From Isurus oxyrinchus (lineage: Eukaryota), in the NCBI GenBank assembly GCA_026770705.1, contig JANJGN010000025.1, positions 18,228,001 to 18,292,000 on the forward strand: 64,000 bases of DNA. Direction: 5' to 3'. The notes below the pieces were generated by a model. The model made no database searches, was not told where the DNA came from, and saw nothing but the letters and a program-made list of their open reading frames with translations. This document shows, piece by piece, positions 1 to 13,999 of the stretch (its first letter is position 1; the number at the start of each line of letters is the position of its first letter). A program made the translations under genes and the position numbers.

Positions 1-80
1 ACTCAGTTCAAGGGCAATTAAGGATGGGCAACAAATGGTGGCCTTGCTTGTGATGCCCACATCCCATGAAATAATTAAAA
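1..80 (+). mobile_element. 3' tail of the same SINE/LINE family, cut by the window edge
   Basis: CAAGGGCAATTAAGGATGGGCAACAAATG...GATGCCCACATCCCATGAA. Confidence 0.7.
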
Positions 81-204
81 GACACAGCAAGCTCCCACAA
101 ACACTATTGAGAAGATGGCCGATAATCTGTTTCTCTCAGTGATGTTGAGCAGCAAGCGGCAGGGGCCAGACAGTAGGCATTGTACGGTGGTTTCTCTTTT
201 CTCT

Positions 205-510
205 TTATAGAGAGAAAGTTTTCTGCCTGTGAGGGAATCCAGAACTAAAGACATAGCCCAAAAATCAGAGCGAGGTTCAGCAATGAAGTTAGAAAACACT
301 TCCACGTGCAAAGGTACAAGTTGGCGCTCTCTTCTGCAAATAGTGATTGATGTAACTTCATTTGTTAATTTTAAATCTAGAATTGCTAGATTGTTAACCC
401 AAAGTATTAAAGGATATGGAGCAAAGGCGAGTATGCAGAGTTAGGTTGTCAGCAGCCATGATCTCACTGAATGCCAGAACAGGCTTGAGGGGCCAAATGG
501 CCTCTTATGC
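205..510 (+). mobile_element. CR1 3' fragment
   Basis: GGGAATCCAGAACTAAAG (ESRT) ... GCCATGATCTCACTGAATG...GGCTTGAGGGGCCAAATGGCCT tail. Confidence 0.6.
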
Positions 511-991
511 TGGTTGCGAATTTGCTCGTAGCCTTTTAGATTTAACTAAGTTTTGTCAAGTTCCGCAACAGCATTCACAAGCAGCTTATACTGGAATATC
601 TGCAGGTTTTAACTCCAGGGATCAGTATTCAAAGGGTAATCCTCGTACTTTCTCCAGAGGCTATTTCTGAGACAGAAAAAGTTGATAGAAATGTTTAAGA
701 TGAATTATGTTCAAATCTGAAAGGTCAGTGAGTGCAGGAAAATGCAGGGGGTAACAGTAGGAGATTCTGCGATTGGGAGGCAAACAGGGTATTCCTGTGA
801 TCATGACTTGGAGGAGTTTTAACCCCCCAGAGATGAGCAGGGGAGGGGTAAAGGATTTGCCCACCATCTGGGGAAGGTACGAGTTGAAGTAGCAGGGAAT
901 CCCCGTCCTCCCCCTACCACCTCCCTGCCCACACCCCCATCTTGGCTACTCAGGACTCAACTTGCAATTACAGATCAGGTTCTGATGTCAT

Positions 992-1264
992 CGTTGTAGT
1001 CTAAGGGTCTGACATAGAAAGAGTTAACATGGGACTGGATACAGTACCGCATACACTATGATGTAAAGGAACATGTGACCCAAGCCTGGAGGGCTGTCTT
1101 GTATTGGACAGAGATGTGTGTAGAGGCAAGCATGGAGACAGTTCCTAGCTTAGGCCTTATACTGAATATAGTTACTAATAGATAATAAACACTTACTGTT
1201 AAACTATATAAGACTCGGAACCCCTTCTAGAGACCTACCAAATTACACATGCCATCTTACAACA
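992..1264 (+). mobile_element. Solo LTR (Gypsy/BEL-like)
   Basis: Ends (C)GTTGTAG...TTACAACA, flanked by GTCAT/ATCAT (5-bp TSD, one mismatch); internal AATAAA at 1184-1189. Confidence 0.55.
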
Positions 1265-1544
1265 ATCATCAGACACAATCTGCATATTTAAAGCAGCCCC
1301 ACCTTCTTCCTATGGAAATCCTGCTCAAAAAAAAAGGTTAATATAGGTTAACAGTGGGAAGAAAGCACATTATTTCAACTGATACCCACTCCACCCCCTG
1401 CAATTCCACCAGGTAAGTGAAGTTAAAATTCAATCCATGGTATAAGATGAAGGGTTTCAAAAGCATGGCCACTGGGACTGGTTTTACTACAGAAAAGTGG
1501 CTGTGCATGAATGCATGAAGCTGCATTAAATAAAATGGCATCAT

Positions 1545-2120
1545 TTACTGCACAGAAATAGGCTTAACAGCCCAACCGGTTTATTTTCCACTTGAGCCTC
1601 CTCCCACCTCACTTCCATGCTAGCTGTATATCCTCCTATTCCCCTCTTCCTCATTTACTTACCTAGCTTCCTCTTAAAGGCAACTTTGATATTTGCCACA
1701 GCATCAGGACCTGAACTGCATGGTAGTAAGTCCTGGATTCTAACCACTTTCTTTTACACAGTCTCAGAGTCAATAGAGAAACAGACCATTTCACCCATCT
1801 GGTCTGTGCCACCATTTATACTCCACACGAGCCTCCTCTTCTCACCCTTTTAATATATCCTTCTATTCCTTTCCCTCTCATGTGCTTGTATTGGCTCCCC
1901 TTAAATGTATCAGAACAAAGAGGTTTCTCCTGAATTTGTTTTCATTGGGTTTACTAGTGACTATCTTTTATTTTTAGCCCCTAGTTTTGGTTTCCCCTCA
2001 ACATGTGGAAACTTTCCCATGTCTCCCCTATCAAGCCCTGTCATAATTTTAAAGACCTTTATTAGGTCATCTCTCCTACCCTTTTCTAGAGATCAGAGCT
2101 CCAGCCTGTTCAGGCTGAGA
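1545..2120 (-). mobile_element. Degraded CR1 3' fragments (at least two nested pieces)
   Basis: Similar to the other minus-strand CR1 tails in the window. Confidence 0.5.
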
Positions 2121-3009
2121 ACATGAAGGGGGTGTGCAATCATTAGTTTTACTGTCACAATAGATAAAGAAAAAACAGTGTGCAAACCAAAGTGCTACTG
2201 GACTGGAAAAGAGCAACTTCTAGAGTGGGGGAGGGGAACTTGCCCAAATTAATGGAAAAGTTGACAGATGAAGCATGAGATGGTAATGGCACAGACTAAA
2301 ATATTCTAACTAGACAAAGACCAGAGTTCCAGCAGTGAATAAAGAGATTTGTTCCAAAAATAAAGTCTAAGAAGGAAATATACTAAAAATTTAGGCTAGC
2401 CAAAGAATATCAGCAAAAGAACCACAACCAAAGAAAAGAAGCAAAATAGGGAGATTAGAATGGCTGAGAGAGAGTATCAAGGAAAGGATTTTCAGCCAAC
2501 ACAGCGACTAATAGAAAAGGCTTTTCTAAGCACATCAAAGAAAGGGTGGGACCACTAAAGGGTGAAGGAGGAGAATGAAAGAACATCAGAGATGCTTAAC
2601 AAATATTTCACCTCAGTTTTTGGCAGAAGAGGCTGAAGGAATGACTAAAGGAGTATCAAAGAAGGGCACGAAGGAACAATTAATAGAATGAACTTTTGAA
2701 AGGAGCTGTTACTGATATTAACTTTATGTCCCATTAAGCTTAAGCTACTAGACCTAGCCGGTCTACAACTCCAGAATATGAAGGGAGGTTAATGATGAAA
2801 TATCAGAGCCTTCATAATCTTACAGGATTCTTTCAAGACAGGTACTGGTAAAGCCATTACTTAAGACAGACCTGGCCAACAATGAGCTGAGGCAAAACTA
2901 GTCCATTTTCTGCCCACCAAGTTGTTTTAAATCCCTCTTCCTGACTAATTAAGAGACCTATGTCACTCCTTCATTTTCCTCATGCTGATCCCCAAACAGC
3001 AGTTCCATC

Positions 3010-3360
3010 ACCGTAGAAAGTAAAGTGAAAAGAAAAAACTGATGAAGGAGAACGAGGCAAAAAGGGGAGAAATGGGAAAGTGGGAGAAGAGATGATGAGT
3101 GAAGGAGAGATAAGAAAAAGGACAGAAATAAACGTGGAGGGAGGTGAGAAAAGTGGAGCAGAAACAAAAGTGAAGATAATGAGACAAGTGAAAGAAGACA
3201 GCAGGAAAAACAAGTGGAAAGCCAAAAAAGTGAATGAAGAGCTGGAGAAACAGAAGGGAAGGAGAATGAAGTGAACTTGGAGAAGGAGAGAGGAAATAGA
3301 AGAGAACAGAATGAAATCACAAGGCAAGAACAGTGAAAATCTGAAGTGGAAAAGGAGAGA
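3010..3360. repeat. GA-rich low-complexity tract
   Basis: Purine-biased plus strand; source of several spurious ORFs. Confidence 0.7.
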
Positions 3361-3371
3361 CAGGCTTGACA

Positions 3372-3427
3372 GGCCCAATTTTAACTTTGCATAAATGAAT
3401 GGGTTTTGACTGAGTTAAAATTGGGCC
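3372..3427. mobile_element. Tiny MITE or collapsed TIR pair
   Basis: Perfect 15-bp inverted repeat GGCCCAATTTTAACT / AGTTAAAATTGGGCC. Confidence 0.55.
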
Positions 3428-4392
3428 CATCCTGGCCAATGGAGGATGTGTGAGGCTGTGGTTGGTTTTGTTCTATTTTCTATTGCCAAGGATGCCAATT
3501 GGCTTTAAGAAACTTGAGTGATCCGGTGGAGATGGGTGTGTTGTGGGGACAGGCCTTCAGAATCACAACCATCATTGTGAGTGGTTGCACCCATGGAAAC
3601 AAGAAATTGTGGCAAAGAATCAGTGATTGATGAATATCACACCTCTGTGAAAATGGAAAAGAACAAACCAAATAACCTTGTCAGGGAAGCAGCAAAACTG
3701 CTGGGGATCATAATGAAGAATAATAGCGAACATTTAAAATGTATCAGCTAATCAGTCACAGCCAACAGGTAGTTACTGAGGACAACTTTGTCAAATTTTC
3801 CATAGGGAGTGGATGTCATTTATTTAAGTCTTTAAAAATCATTGGTGAAGTGCCACACAAGAAGCTTATGTTCTATGGTATTAAAAGTGAAGTTGTGGTG
3901 ATGATCAATAGAAGGTAGAGATTAGAAATAAATGGATGCTTCTTGAGTTGATCAGGTACATCTACTGACATATTACAAAGACTCTTGTTTAGCTTGAACA
4001 TGACTGACTGGGATTTAGCATAGAGGAAATTACTCTAAAATTTGCTGTTGGTACCACATTATGGGTAATAAGCTGTGAGGAGATTGTATAGCCAGATTGG
4101 GGGAGTGGACAGAGCTGTGATAGACAAGCGTAATCGATTTTGGGAAAATTAGTTAAATGTGATTCTATTTCTCCCTGCCAAATTCCATTCCTCAATTATG
4201 CCCCTGTTCTGTGTCCCATGTTTCTTTTGCTTCCTTGATTTCTCAGTACTGTATGTCTCTATTGACTCATGCTCATATCGCTTCTCCCACTTAAATTTCT
4301 GTTTCCACTCCAGCACTTTACCTGTGTGTGCACAGTTGCTTCTGCTTTGTTTTGTTCCTTTTTAAAATGCCGTCCAATACTAACATCTTCCA

Positions 4393-4490
4393 CTTCTGAC
4401 AACAGAATTCCCAAAATATCAATTCATCTGTTTTCTTCACAGATGCTGATTGACTTGCTGAGAGTTCCCAGCATCTGCAATATTTTTGCT
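4393..4490 (+). mobile_element. Degraded family A copy
   Basis: CACAGATGCTGATTGACTTGCTGAG...CCAGCATCTGCAATATTTTTGCT resembles the family A body and tail. Confidence 0.5.
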
Positions 4491-4628
4491 TGTTGTAAAG
4501 AAGAGAAATATACTTGAAACTGATTATATTAATAGTGGAGGTAATGTAGTAATCATGTAGATTCAAGAAAACGCAACTTGCACACTTACGTGGCTTCCGT
4601 ACAGCACACCCGACCCCTGCGTGACTTT

Positions 4629-5956
4629 GCCCAGGACTTTTGTTTTCTCATACACAGTTGGGTTCACAGTGCGGTTTGCGGCCATGACTGAGTACTAGAG
4701 GAGTGTGGGTGCAGAGGCGAATGGTTAAAAATCCCGATTCCATTCTCCATCACAACAGCCCAGCTCTGTGTTAAAGGCCCTTAAACCACATCCCTGCCCT
4801 TCCACCCACCCCCATGACCCCTCAGATCACCCATGCTACCTTCATGGCCCCTCAGATCCCTATGCCACCTCCATACCCCCAGATCCCCACGCCACCTTCA
4901 TGCCTCCTCAGTTCATCCATGTCACCTCCATGCCTCTCATGTATCCTCCATGACTACTCACCCAGCATATACTGCATACAGTCCTCAGGAACCATGAAAT
5001 AACAATAGGAATTATTTTATAAGTGTAGGAAAATTAAGCCTATGACAACATAATGAAACTGTCATTAATACTACAAAAACAACTCTTCTGTTGAAACTTC
5101 TAATCCTTTGAGTGGCCATTAAATTGTGTAAACAAATAACCATGTACTCAAACTGCATCAAAGACTGAGTATGTTATTACAACCTCGTAAAATTGTCATT
5201 ATTTCCCTGAACGGCCATGTACTCCATCCGATTTTGGAACTCAGCCAAGTGTTCATAATGGCCACAGCCATTGAAACAATATTGCAACTGCAGATGGTGT
5301 CCTCTTCATTCCTATTAATCAAAGGAGGGGAAGCAGGTGCTCAGACTTTTTTTTACCTTTCAAAAGCAGGGGATATTTTTCCCACAGTTGCAGCTGTCTG
5401 TATATTTAAATCTCAGTGCCAAACATTACAAGCAGAGTTTACCAACAAATTTTTGAAAGCATTATCACACTTTCTCCAGTGGAAAACATACTGTAATATA
5501 TGTAAATGCTTATACAATAGTGGCCAATGTAATCATTAACTTACCTTTGCAGGACTGTTCCTCTGATGAATCACTACATTAAAAACACATCTAAATTACA
5601 ATCCAGTATCTAATAATGACATTTAAAGGCATCAAAACACTATACACTTACCTTTCAGAATGTTCCAGGCTCCCCCCAAGCAGTTAAGAACTTTTTAGGA
5701 CTTCCAAAACCCACACCAGGACATGAAAATAGCATGCAGGAGGAAATGCAATTGTATGTGGCCCTCACAATGGGGACCCCAACCTTGTAAGAGATTACGT
5801 ATGCATTTTGGCTTCAAAAGCCTTCCAGATTTGTGAAAACCCCACACAAAAATGGCATGGGGTTGGGAAGTCAGAGGAAAATTGTTTTTCCAGGGAAAAA
5901 AGTTCAGCATTTCATGACCTGATTTGAACTTCCATTGGGAGGCAAAAGTCAGGTCC
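4629..5956. mobile_element. Putative non-autonomous DNA transposon with an internal C-rich minisatellite (~4800-4960)
   Basis: Weak inverted ends GACTTTTG (4635) / CAAAAGTC (5943); ~29-nt degenerate units of the CCCCAGATCCCCATGCCACCTTCATG type. Confidence 0.35.
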
Positions 5957-7574
5957 AAGGCATAGAGAAGTGTAGTGACAACTTTATATAGCATCTTTAA
6001 TGGAGTAAAACATCCCAAGGTTGGGGCAGTTCCATGATGATCATATTGAATGATGGATCTGGGCTCATTGATCTGCATGGACTACTCCTGCTCCTATTTC
6101 TGATATATCTTATGTCATACTAGTCACTACATGGGCAAATGTGCACTGTAACCTCTTTTACTGTATCAAGCCTTTTCCTATTGTGTTGGTCTAAAATTGT
6201 GCACAGTATTCCTACTATTGTCTTATGATTGGTATAGAATTTGAGGGGATAAGATTAGCAGTTCACTGACCAGGGAAAATAAAAGTCAGACATAAATGTG
6301 GAATTTGCACTAAAGGGTTACAGGGGAATGTCAGAGGCTTATTTAACCTTGCAGTGGATCACAGCTAAGCCAAGTCTGGTCCTTACACAAACCAATTACT
6401 TTGGAGTTGTTCCCGATAATACTGCTAATAAAGTAAATAAGTAGCAGCTCTCTCTCCACTGGGTGATAATTTAATTGGCTATGATTCCCATTTCAAAGAA
6501 TAAACAACCAGTGTTGGGTGTTGTAGCATCTTAAAAGTCCTGATAAATGAAGGGCAAAGAGATTGTGATCACTAAAACAGCTGAGGAGTGTAGGAATTGG
6601 GAGCAATTGGCATCTTTTTGTCAAAGGAAAGTATGGGCCACTGATTTTTGGATTGGCCTGCCACTTCATGCAGGGAATAGTGGTAATGACGCAGCAGGCT
6701 CATAGTGAATCAAGATGTGCTGAATAAATTTGTTGACATTAAGAGTCACCAAAATCAATAATTCCAAATGGGAACCGTATAGGAGATTGGTTTTGATGTG
6801 TCCTGTGGCTATCTCTACAGGTGATAAATATGGTATACCCTAAAGGAGATGATTGGAAACGGAATGAAGCTATAATCCAAAGAAATTGGTTCAGCATTTG
6901 TGAATGAGAAAACATATAAGCAATAGAAACCTGCAACATGCAGGGGTGTTTTCACGTGTATATGGGATTACAACGTAATTATAAAAATTCGAGAGGGCCA
7001 CCTCATTTTCATTTTTTAATGACTTGTGCAAATGTCCAGGAGGCAAAATGAAACTGAACAGCTACAGGATAGTTAGTTCTAAAGCTTTAGCTATTGTTCA
7101 TTTCAAGTGTTGGTACAGGTCACATTGTGGGGATCTAGTCCTTGAATGAATACTGAAGTGTACAATGTTAACCATACCCTTTTTCTGAGTGACACACTGA
7201 TATGTTGAAGCAAAGTAAGAGGTTGCTTCGGTTAAGTGAATTCAGGGATGGAAGCATATCTCGCTCTAGGAAGTTGTTCAGCCTCTTGTGAAATATATAT
7301 TATGTTAGCTGCAGTCAGGTACTCTTAAGACTTCCCTTCTTTGGAATGGTATCTGCTATAAACATTCTAGACTTTGGCACCAGAAGCAACAGATTTCTTA
7401 ATCTGCAATACAGAGGCCATGATGAATATGTCCACATTGCCTTGCTTCTCAAGAAGCTTCACTACACTGGTACCTTGCTGAGCAACTTGACAATGAAATA
7501 CTTGAAGGGACATGACATTGGAGTACTTGTATAATAAACACACTAAGCACAGCAGAAAATCTTAGGGCTTGTCT

Positions 7575-9058
7575 TTTTTAAAAAAAATTAATTCATGGGA
7601 TGTGGGCTTCGCTGGCTGGGCCAACATTTTTCGCCCTTCCCTAATTACCCTCGAGAAAGTGGTGGTGAGCTGCCTTCTTGAACTGCTGCAGTCCATGTGG
7701 TATAGGTACATGCATAGTGCTGTTAGGAAGTTCCATGATTTTGACCCAACAACAATGAGGGAATGGCGATATATTTCCAAGTCAGGATGGTGAGTGACTT
7801 AGAGGGGAATTTCCAGGTGGTGGTGTTCCCATCTATCTGCTGCCCTTGTCCTTCTAGATGGTAATGGTTATGGATTTGGAAGGTGCTGTTGAAGGAGCCT
7901 TGGTGAATTCCTGCAGTGCATCTTGTAGATGGTACACACTGCTACCATTGTGCGTCAGTGGTGGAGGGAGTGAATGTTTGTGGATATGGTGCCAATCAAG
8001 TGGGCTGCTATGTCCTGCACAGTGTCAAGCTTCTTGAGTGTTGTTGGAGTTGCACTCATCAAGGCAAGTGGGCAGTATTCCATCACACTCCTGACTGTGC
8101 CTTGTAGATGATGGACAGGCTTTGGGGAGTCAGGAGGTGAGTTACTTGTTGCAGGATTCCTAGCTCTGACTTGCTATTGTAGCCACAGTATTTATATGGC
8201 TAGTCCAGTTCAGTTTTTGGTCAATGGTAATCCCCAGGAAATTGGGGGATTCAGTGATGGCAGTGCCATTGAACATCGAGGCGATGGCTGGATTCTCTCT
8301 CATTGGAGATGGTCATTGCCTGACACTTATGTGATGCAAATGTTACTTGCCACTTGTCAGCCCAAATCTGGATATTGTCCAGATCTTGCAGCATTTGGAC
8401 ATGGACTGCTTCAGTATCTGAGGAGTCACAAATGGTGAACATTGTGCAATCATCAGCGAATATCATCAGCGAATATCTCCACTTCTGACCTTATGATGGA
8501 AGGTCATTGATGAAGCAGCTGAATATGGTTGGGCCGAGGACATTACCCTGAGGAACTCCTGCAGTGATGTCCTGAAGATGAGATGACTGACCCCCAACAA
8601 CGACAACCATCTTTCCTTTGTGGTAGGTATGACTCCAACCAGCATAAAGTTTTCCCCCCCCAATTCCCATTGACTCCAGTTTTGCTAGGGCTCCTTGATG
8701 CCACACTCGGTTAAATACTGCCTTGACGTCAAAGGCAGTCAATCTCATCTTACCTTGGGATTTCAGCTCTTTTGTCCATTTGTTTGAACCAAGGCCGTAA
8801 TGAGGTCAGGAGCTGAATGGCCCTGGTGGAACCCAAACTGGGTGTCAGTGATCAGCTAATTGCTAAGCAGGTGCTGCCTGCTAGCACTGTTGATGACACC
8901 TTCCATTACTTTACTGATGACTGAGAGTACATTGATGGGGCAGTAATTGTGGTTGGATTGGATTTATCCTGCTTTTTGTGTACACGACATACCTGGGCAA
9001 TTTTCCACACAGCTGGGTAAATGTAGCTGAACTGAAACAGCTTGGCTAGGGGCGCGGC
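7575..9058 (-). mobile_element. 5'-truncated CR1-group LINE (RT C-terminal half and 3' tail), frameshifted
   Basis: ORF fragments AFNRVWHQG, GVPQGNVLGPTIFSCFINDL and FADDCT (RT motifs); same family as 31926-33297. Confidence 0.9.
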
Positions 9059-10588
9059 TGTTCAAGTGTAAGTGAATTTTGAATGCAATGGTATGTTTTA
9101 TATTACCAAACAACCACTGACATTCAGGTGTTACTTTTACAATTGGGTAGTCTCACTCTTTTTATATTTTAGCTATTGTTGGGAGATTGAAAAAAATTAA
9201 AAGCCATATGAATGTAAGCCTGTGTTTTATGACTACCAGACATCGTAAAGCACTTTACAGCCAATTAAGTACTTTTGAAGATTTTACTGTTGTAATGTAG
9301 GAAACGTGGCAGCCAATTTGCACACGGCAAAAGAAACTTTTTTTTTTCTATTATCTTTCCTTCTCCCTATTTTGCTTTCTGTACCTTATTGGGCAATGAA
9401 TTGAAAATTCTAACTTTTACTGTTCAGGTGGTGAATGTCTCAGTAAAGATCCTTTAATCTGATTGGTTAAGGAGTCACACATTGGTCCGGATCGTCTGTA
9501 GACAACACCATGCTTTTGGAATTTGATTTGCCACAGGTTCCAGTGCAAAAGCCCACAGAAAGAAATGGCTAGCATCCTTCATTCACAAATTGCAATTTAT
9601 TTGTGTCAATATTAAGAGTAGATAAATGTGTTGTATGTTTTATATGGAGTAAGATGGTGATATGTTGTAACCTGATAATTTTTTTTATAGATGAGGCTAC
9701 ATTACAATGGGGAAGAAACCACCTAAGGACAGGAGAAATTGTTGAAATATTTAAATTAATGATCTTAAGCAATTCTTCCAACAGCTCATCAATTTAGGAA
9801 ATCAACGCCATTTCAATCAGAGTCCCAAGAATAGGCATGATACTCACTTGAGACCAGCTCAACCATTCAGTCGTAGCCAAACTGTCCTTGTCACTAAGTT
9901 TTATCTGTATAGTTTCCTAAAAAAAATCTGGTTTGGACAGCAAACATTGGTTTGGCTAGCTCCAATCAAAATGATGTTGGATCAAATCAAATCAAACCTG
10001 CTACAATTTAGTCTGTTTGAAAACTGGTTTCAATAAGCTTCTCCCAAGAGCTCGAGTAGATAAAGAAGTGAATTAGTTGTCATACAGACCAGGAAAGGTT
10101 GAATCTTGATCTGTGCTTAGTTACCTGATCTGAGTAGGAGTGATACAGTAATTGGTTTCAGTGCTCCTTGGTTAACAATGAGATTATTGAAGATGATTTC
10201 TCTCCCGATTGCTATCCAGCCACTTTTGTTAGACATGTCAAGTGGATATAAGGTATGAACAAGGGTTGCTGCCAGTGGTGACTTTAGTATGATATGGTCT
10301 GAGCTCACACATGAGCAACAAGCACTCAACTGAGTATCAGAGGACACCTGTGGAACAGCATCTCTACATGGATTTAATGCCCTTCAGATAAGAGAAGGCT
10401 GGGGGAAAATTTGATGGAAAAAAATTTTTATTTTAAACTGAGTTGTTATGAAACTAGAAATTCTTCAGGGGATTTAGGTCTGAATGAAGTTAATCAGGCG
10501 AGAATCACTGATGAGTTCAAATACCTTGAATTGTTTTGAAGATTATTTTTTCCATTAAATGGACGTCAGTATATTTTTATGGAAAAAC

Positions 10589-10594
10589 TTTATT
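10589..10594 (-). promoter_or_regulatory. Candidate distal polyadenylation signal (AATAAA)
   Basis: TTTATT on the plus strand just beyond the last miRNA site; alternatives at 10427-10432, 12773-12778, 12828-12833 and 14287-14292. Confidence 0.4.
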
Positions 10595-12696
10595 TAAACT
10601 GTGCAATTGTTCAAAATTCGGACTATTTTACAACAGTTTTAAAACATTTTGGCTTTTAGACTAGTTATATTTTTGGCATGATTTAGCAAAATTACAGATC
10701 AGGCACCTGAATTCTAGGCGGCATTCACCGTAATGCTATTATAAAATAGGAAAACACAGTTTCTCAGTAAAAGTAGTTAAAGACATAAATGAGGTACATT
10801 CACAAATCAAGGCAAACGTTCATTCTCCTGCAGCAATGGACAAGTAGTGAAGCTGATCCCCTGAGACAAATAAAATTTGATATAATGCAGGTCCACCATC
10901 CAGTGGCAGGATCACAAACACTGCCTTTACAAGACAATTGGCAATTGAAGATAGAAGGTTCAGAACACCTGAGATACATCATTAGACTGGACCTTCCACT
11001 TCTTCCCTTTAGTTCACATCTTAACAGTATGCTCTAAATCAAAAAAAAACTAACATTATTATTGTTCTCATCACAAAAGAAAAAAAATACAATAGTAAAA
11101 CAAAAGCAGAAAACAGTTTTTTCTTCCGTCCTGCCAGACTGATGTAATGTGTGCTTACATGACTCACTTTGGCACTGCTACATCAGTTACCTCAAGTGGA
11201 TTTAGTAAATGTCATCCAAGCAGCCATCACAGCAGTCTCACAAATTTAACACGTCAAAATGAAAATACAATTTCAGACAGTTTAACACACAATTCCAGAT
11301 TAATGTGCATCAACAAACACTTAAATTCAAAATGAGGCCATAGTTTCTATTTAGTCAACATCTCTAACCTCAAAAGTATCAGCTAAATCTCATTAGCGTG
11401 CCAGCACATTTTCCACACTCTGCCTTACTGGACTAACGGACATGATTATTTCCTAACACCGTGCTAATGTTTTCTAATGAGTTGATGTCGTCAGTAACCG
11501 GAGACTTATCAGACATGAATTGCAGGCCCCCTAATAAACCTAAAAAGGTGGTTGCACAAATGAATATAATTTGTCCAAAGCACTTTGTAAAATTCGATGT
11601 AACTGTGGACGCAGCTTGATGCATCACAAGCTTCCCCAGCAATCACTTTTTCTGGGCAAGATGTATTTTACAAGGATTTTGTCTGCGGAAGCTTCTATAC
11701 CTTTTAATTACATACAGTAAATATCAGTGTCTATCTACATTACATCTGAAACACATTTGAAAAGAGAGGAAAATATGCTGGCGGCTTTTAATAGCAGTTA
11801 TCAATCTTGAAGTACTGTGCATTACGTCTCAGAATGTATTACTTTTGTAATACATTTCTGCTAACTGGGTATTTCTTGGCCAATATTAAAAAGACCGTGA
11901 GTAGTACAGAAGCTACAATGAAAAAAAAACATAGGCTTCCAACTTGGAATCACAATAGCAAATCCCAACAGTGACCAAGATTTGCATAGTATTTTCTGGA
12001 AGATTCACTCTGCTAGCCAGGGTCATGCCATGGATGAGAGAGAACATGGCATTACCCTGACTGGTGCCTTCCTGAAATAGGACAATCTAACCAAGTCCAA
12101 AGCTGAACAAAAATAGGGCGAGGGTGCATGAGGAATGGGGTAATGGTCTAATCGCTTAGGTTTGCAAAGAGGAAAATTAATTGGAAATTCTAAATGATTA
12201 ATGATGTTTCCACATCATGAGGTACAAAAGGATGTAGGCCAAATGGGCTTTTTAAGAATGGTTCTGTGAACTTACAAGTTCAAAGTTTCTAACAGCACAA
12301 TCAAAAACTAAAATAACATGAAGAAGTCTAGATATTGAGCCTGCAGCGTTGAGCACAGTGACACCAATACCATCCATGGGTTAAACCATACATAGCAACT
12401 CATACCTGAACGAGGGGACAGGGAAACAAGTCAGGTTTTAAAAAAATCTTAACCATTGGCCATAATTATTATTTTGTGCACTGCAATGATTTTAATATAC
12501 ACAATACTTCAAAATGACTGCTGCATATAATGAAATGATACTGGTTTTGACTCAGGATGTTTAACATGGACTTTTGTTGTTGCATTAAAATAAAAAGCAA
12601 ACACTTAAACAACAGCGTTTAAGAGAAGACAACAATCTACTCTCCTCGGAGTGAAGAGGTAAATTCCTACTTTTGATACACAAAGGTGAACAAAAA

Positions 12697-12704
12697 TCTT
12701 TGGT
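12697..12704 (-). promoter_or_regulatory. miR-9 8mer site
   Basis: Plus TCTTTGGT = mRNA ACCAAAGA. Confidence 0.6.
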
Positions 12705-13991
12705 TTTTATGGGCGGCTGATCTAGCTGTATTTGAAAATAATAACACTGAATATATTGATTAAGGAAGCAGCTTTATTTACTCTCCTTCACCCTGTGAAA
12801 CTTGACTAGCCAAGAGACAGGACTCTCTTTATTGCTCAACATTGGTTAGTTTTTTTTTTAAAGCTATTACAAGACCCTATTCTTTCACATACTCCAGAAC
12901 TGCCATTATATTGTATGTAACTGTTAGTAACTGCTGCAGACAATGTGACTCTAAGCCACAGGAATATGCAGTCATCTTTGGAGAAGTCCTCAGTAAATTA
13001 CATTCGCAATTCAACTGAATTGTTAAAGAAATTCGAGTGAGTGTTACAGACAGCTGGAGTATTTCACTTTGGTTTGCGCAAAGGAATTTGGTATTTCTTT
13101 AAAAAAAAGTTTTAAATTAGAATCTAGGCTCATCAGGGAAAAAGTCTGCCTCTTTTAAAAATGCCAAATAATCAATGATGCCTAAAGCATCCATTAAAGC
13201 TTCATAATTAATCAGAAAAAGAGAATCCTCTTGCGCTCAGTGATATTAAACAACTAATTGTTGCAATATTAAGGAGTAATGCGCATTTACATTACATTTG
13301 GAACTACAAGAAAATTCCCTTTTTCATTCATCAACTCTATTGTAGGTTATATGAAAAGTGACACAGTTCTTAGGTTTGGAATTCAGATACTGCATAGACA
13401 CAGTGCCCTGTCAATATATAAAAAAATCCAACAAGGAAAGTAAATCTTTGGATATAGACAAACGTCATTTACCTTTGTATACCGCCGACTCCTAATACTA
13501 TAGGATGACACTAATCTGAAAGACAAGTGCTAAACTGACTATTACTGTAATTCTGATCTACACTATAAAGAGCAGAGTGCAGCTAACCAGAAGTAGTACT
13601 CAGTAGATAGTACTAAAGATCTTTAAATGAGCCGATAGAAGGACTTAACTCAAACATTAAAACATTAATGATTTGGATAGGGCAAAGATTTGGATTGCAA
13701 CTAATTTTGGACAGAAACACATTGGATATCTATTTAATGTAATTCTATTTTTTCTAGTAAAGAATGAACCATAGTAGACCTTGGATGTTTACACATCAAT
13801 ATAGTTTGCTTCCCAAAGCAGTTTTCCAATTACACGACTGTAATATTGTATTAGAAAATCAATTTTTCTATTCAAATACATACAAGTCACTACTTCTGAT
13901 TGATTAGTAACTATCATAAAATTAAGAGACTTAATTGTAATTAAATGGCCCAAAAAGAAATTTCACAGAAAAAGAAAGTTTATGTACATTT

Positions 13992-13999
13992 TCTTTGGT
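13992..13999 (-). promoter_or_regulatory. miR-9 8mer site next to a Pumilio element (mRNA UGUACAUA at 13981-13988)
   Basis: Plus TATGTACA ttt TCTTTGGT. Confidence 0.6.

Larger units (their letters stand above)
2140..4140 (+). mobile_element. Very old CR1 ORF2 remnants (about 2140-2860 and 3600-4140), interrupted by a GA-rich tract and a MITE
   Basis: Residual motifs such as GAGATGCTTAACAAATATTTCACCTCAGTTTT, GTGGATGTCATTTATTTA and GTGCCACACAAGAAGCTT. Confidence 0.45.

Noticed and set aside
2958-3378. 120-132 aa ORFs rich in F/L/S or E/K
   Set aside because: Artefacts of a GA-rich low-complexity tract.
7575-9058. Functional reverse transcriptase gene
   Set aside because: 5'-truncated with multiple frameshifts and stops; the same holds for 31926-33297 and 60800-62045.
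1-10400. Exons of PYGO1, which I recall as the downstream neighbour of PRTG in human
   Set aside because: No recognisable pygopus sequence (such as SPxKKKRK) or CpG island found; it probably lies beyond the window.
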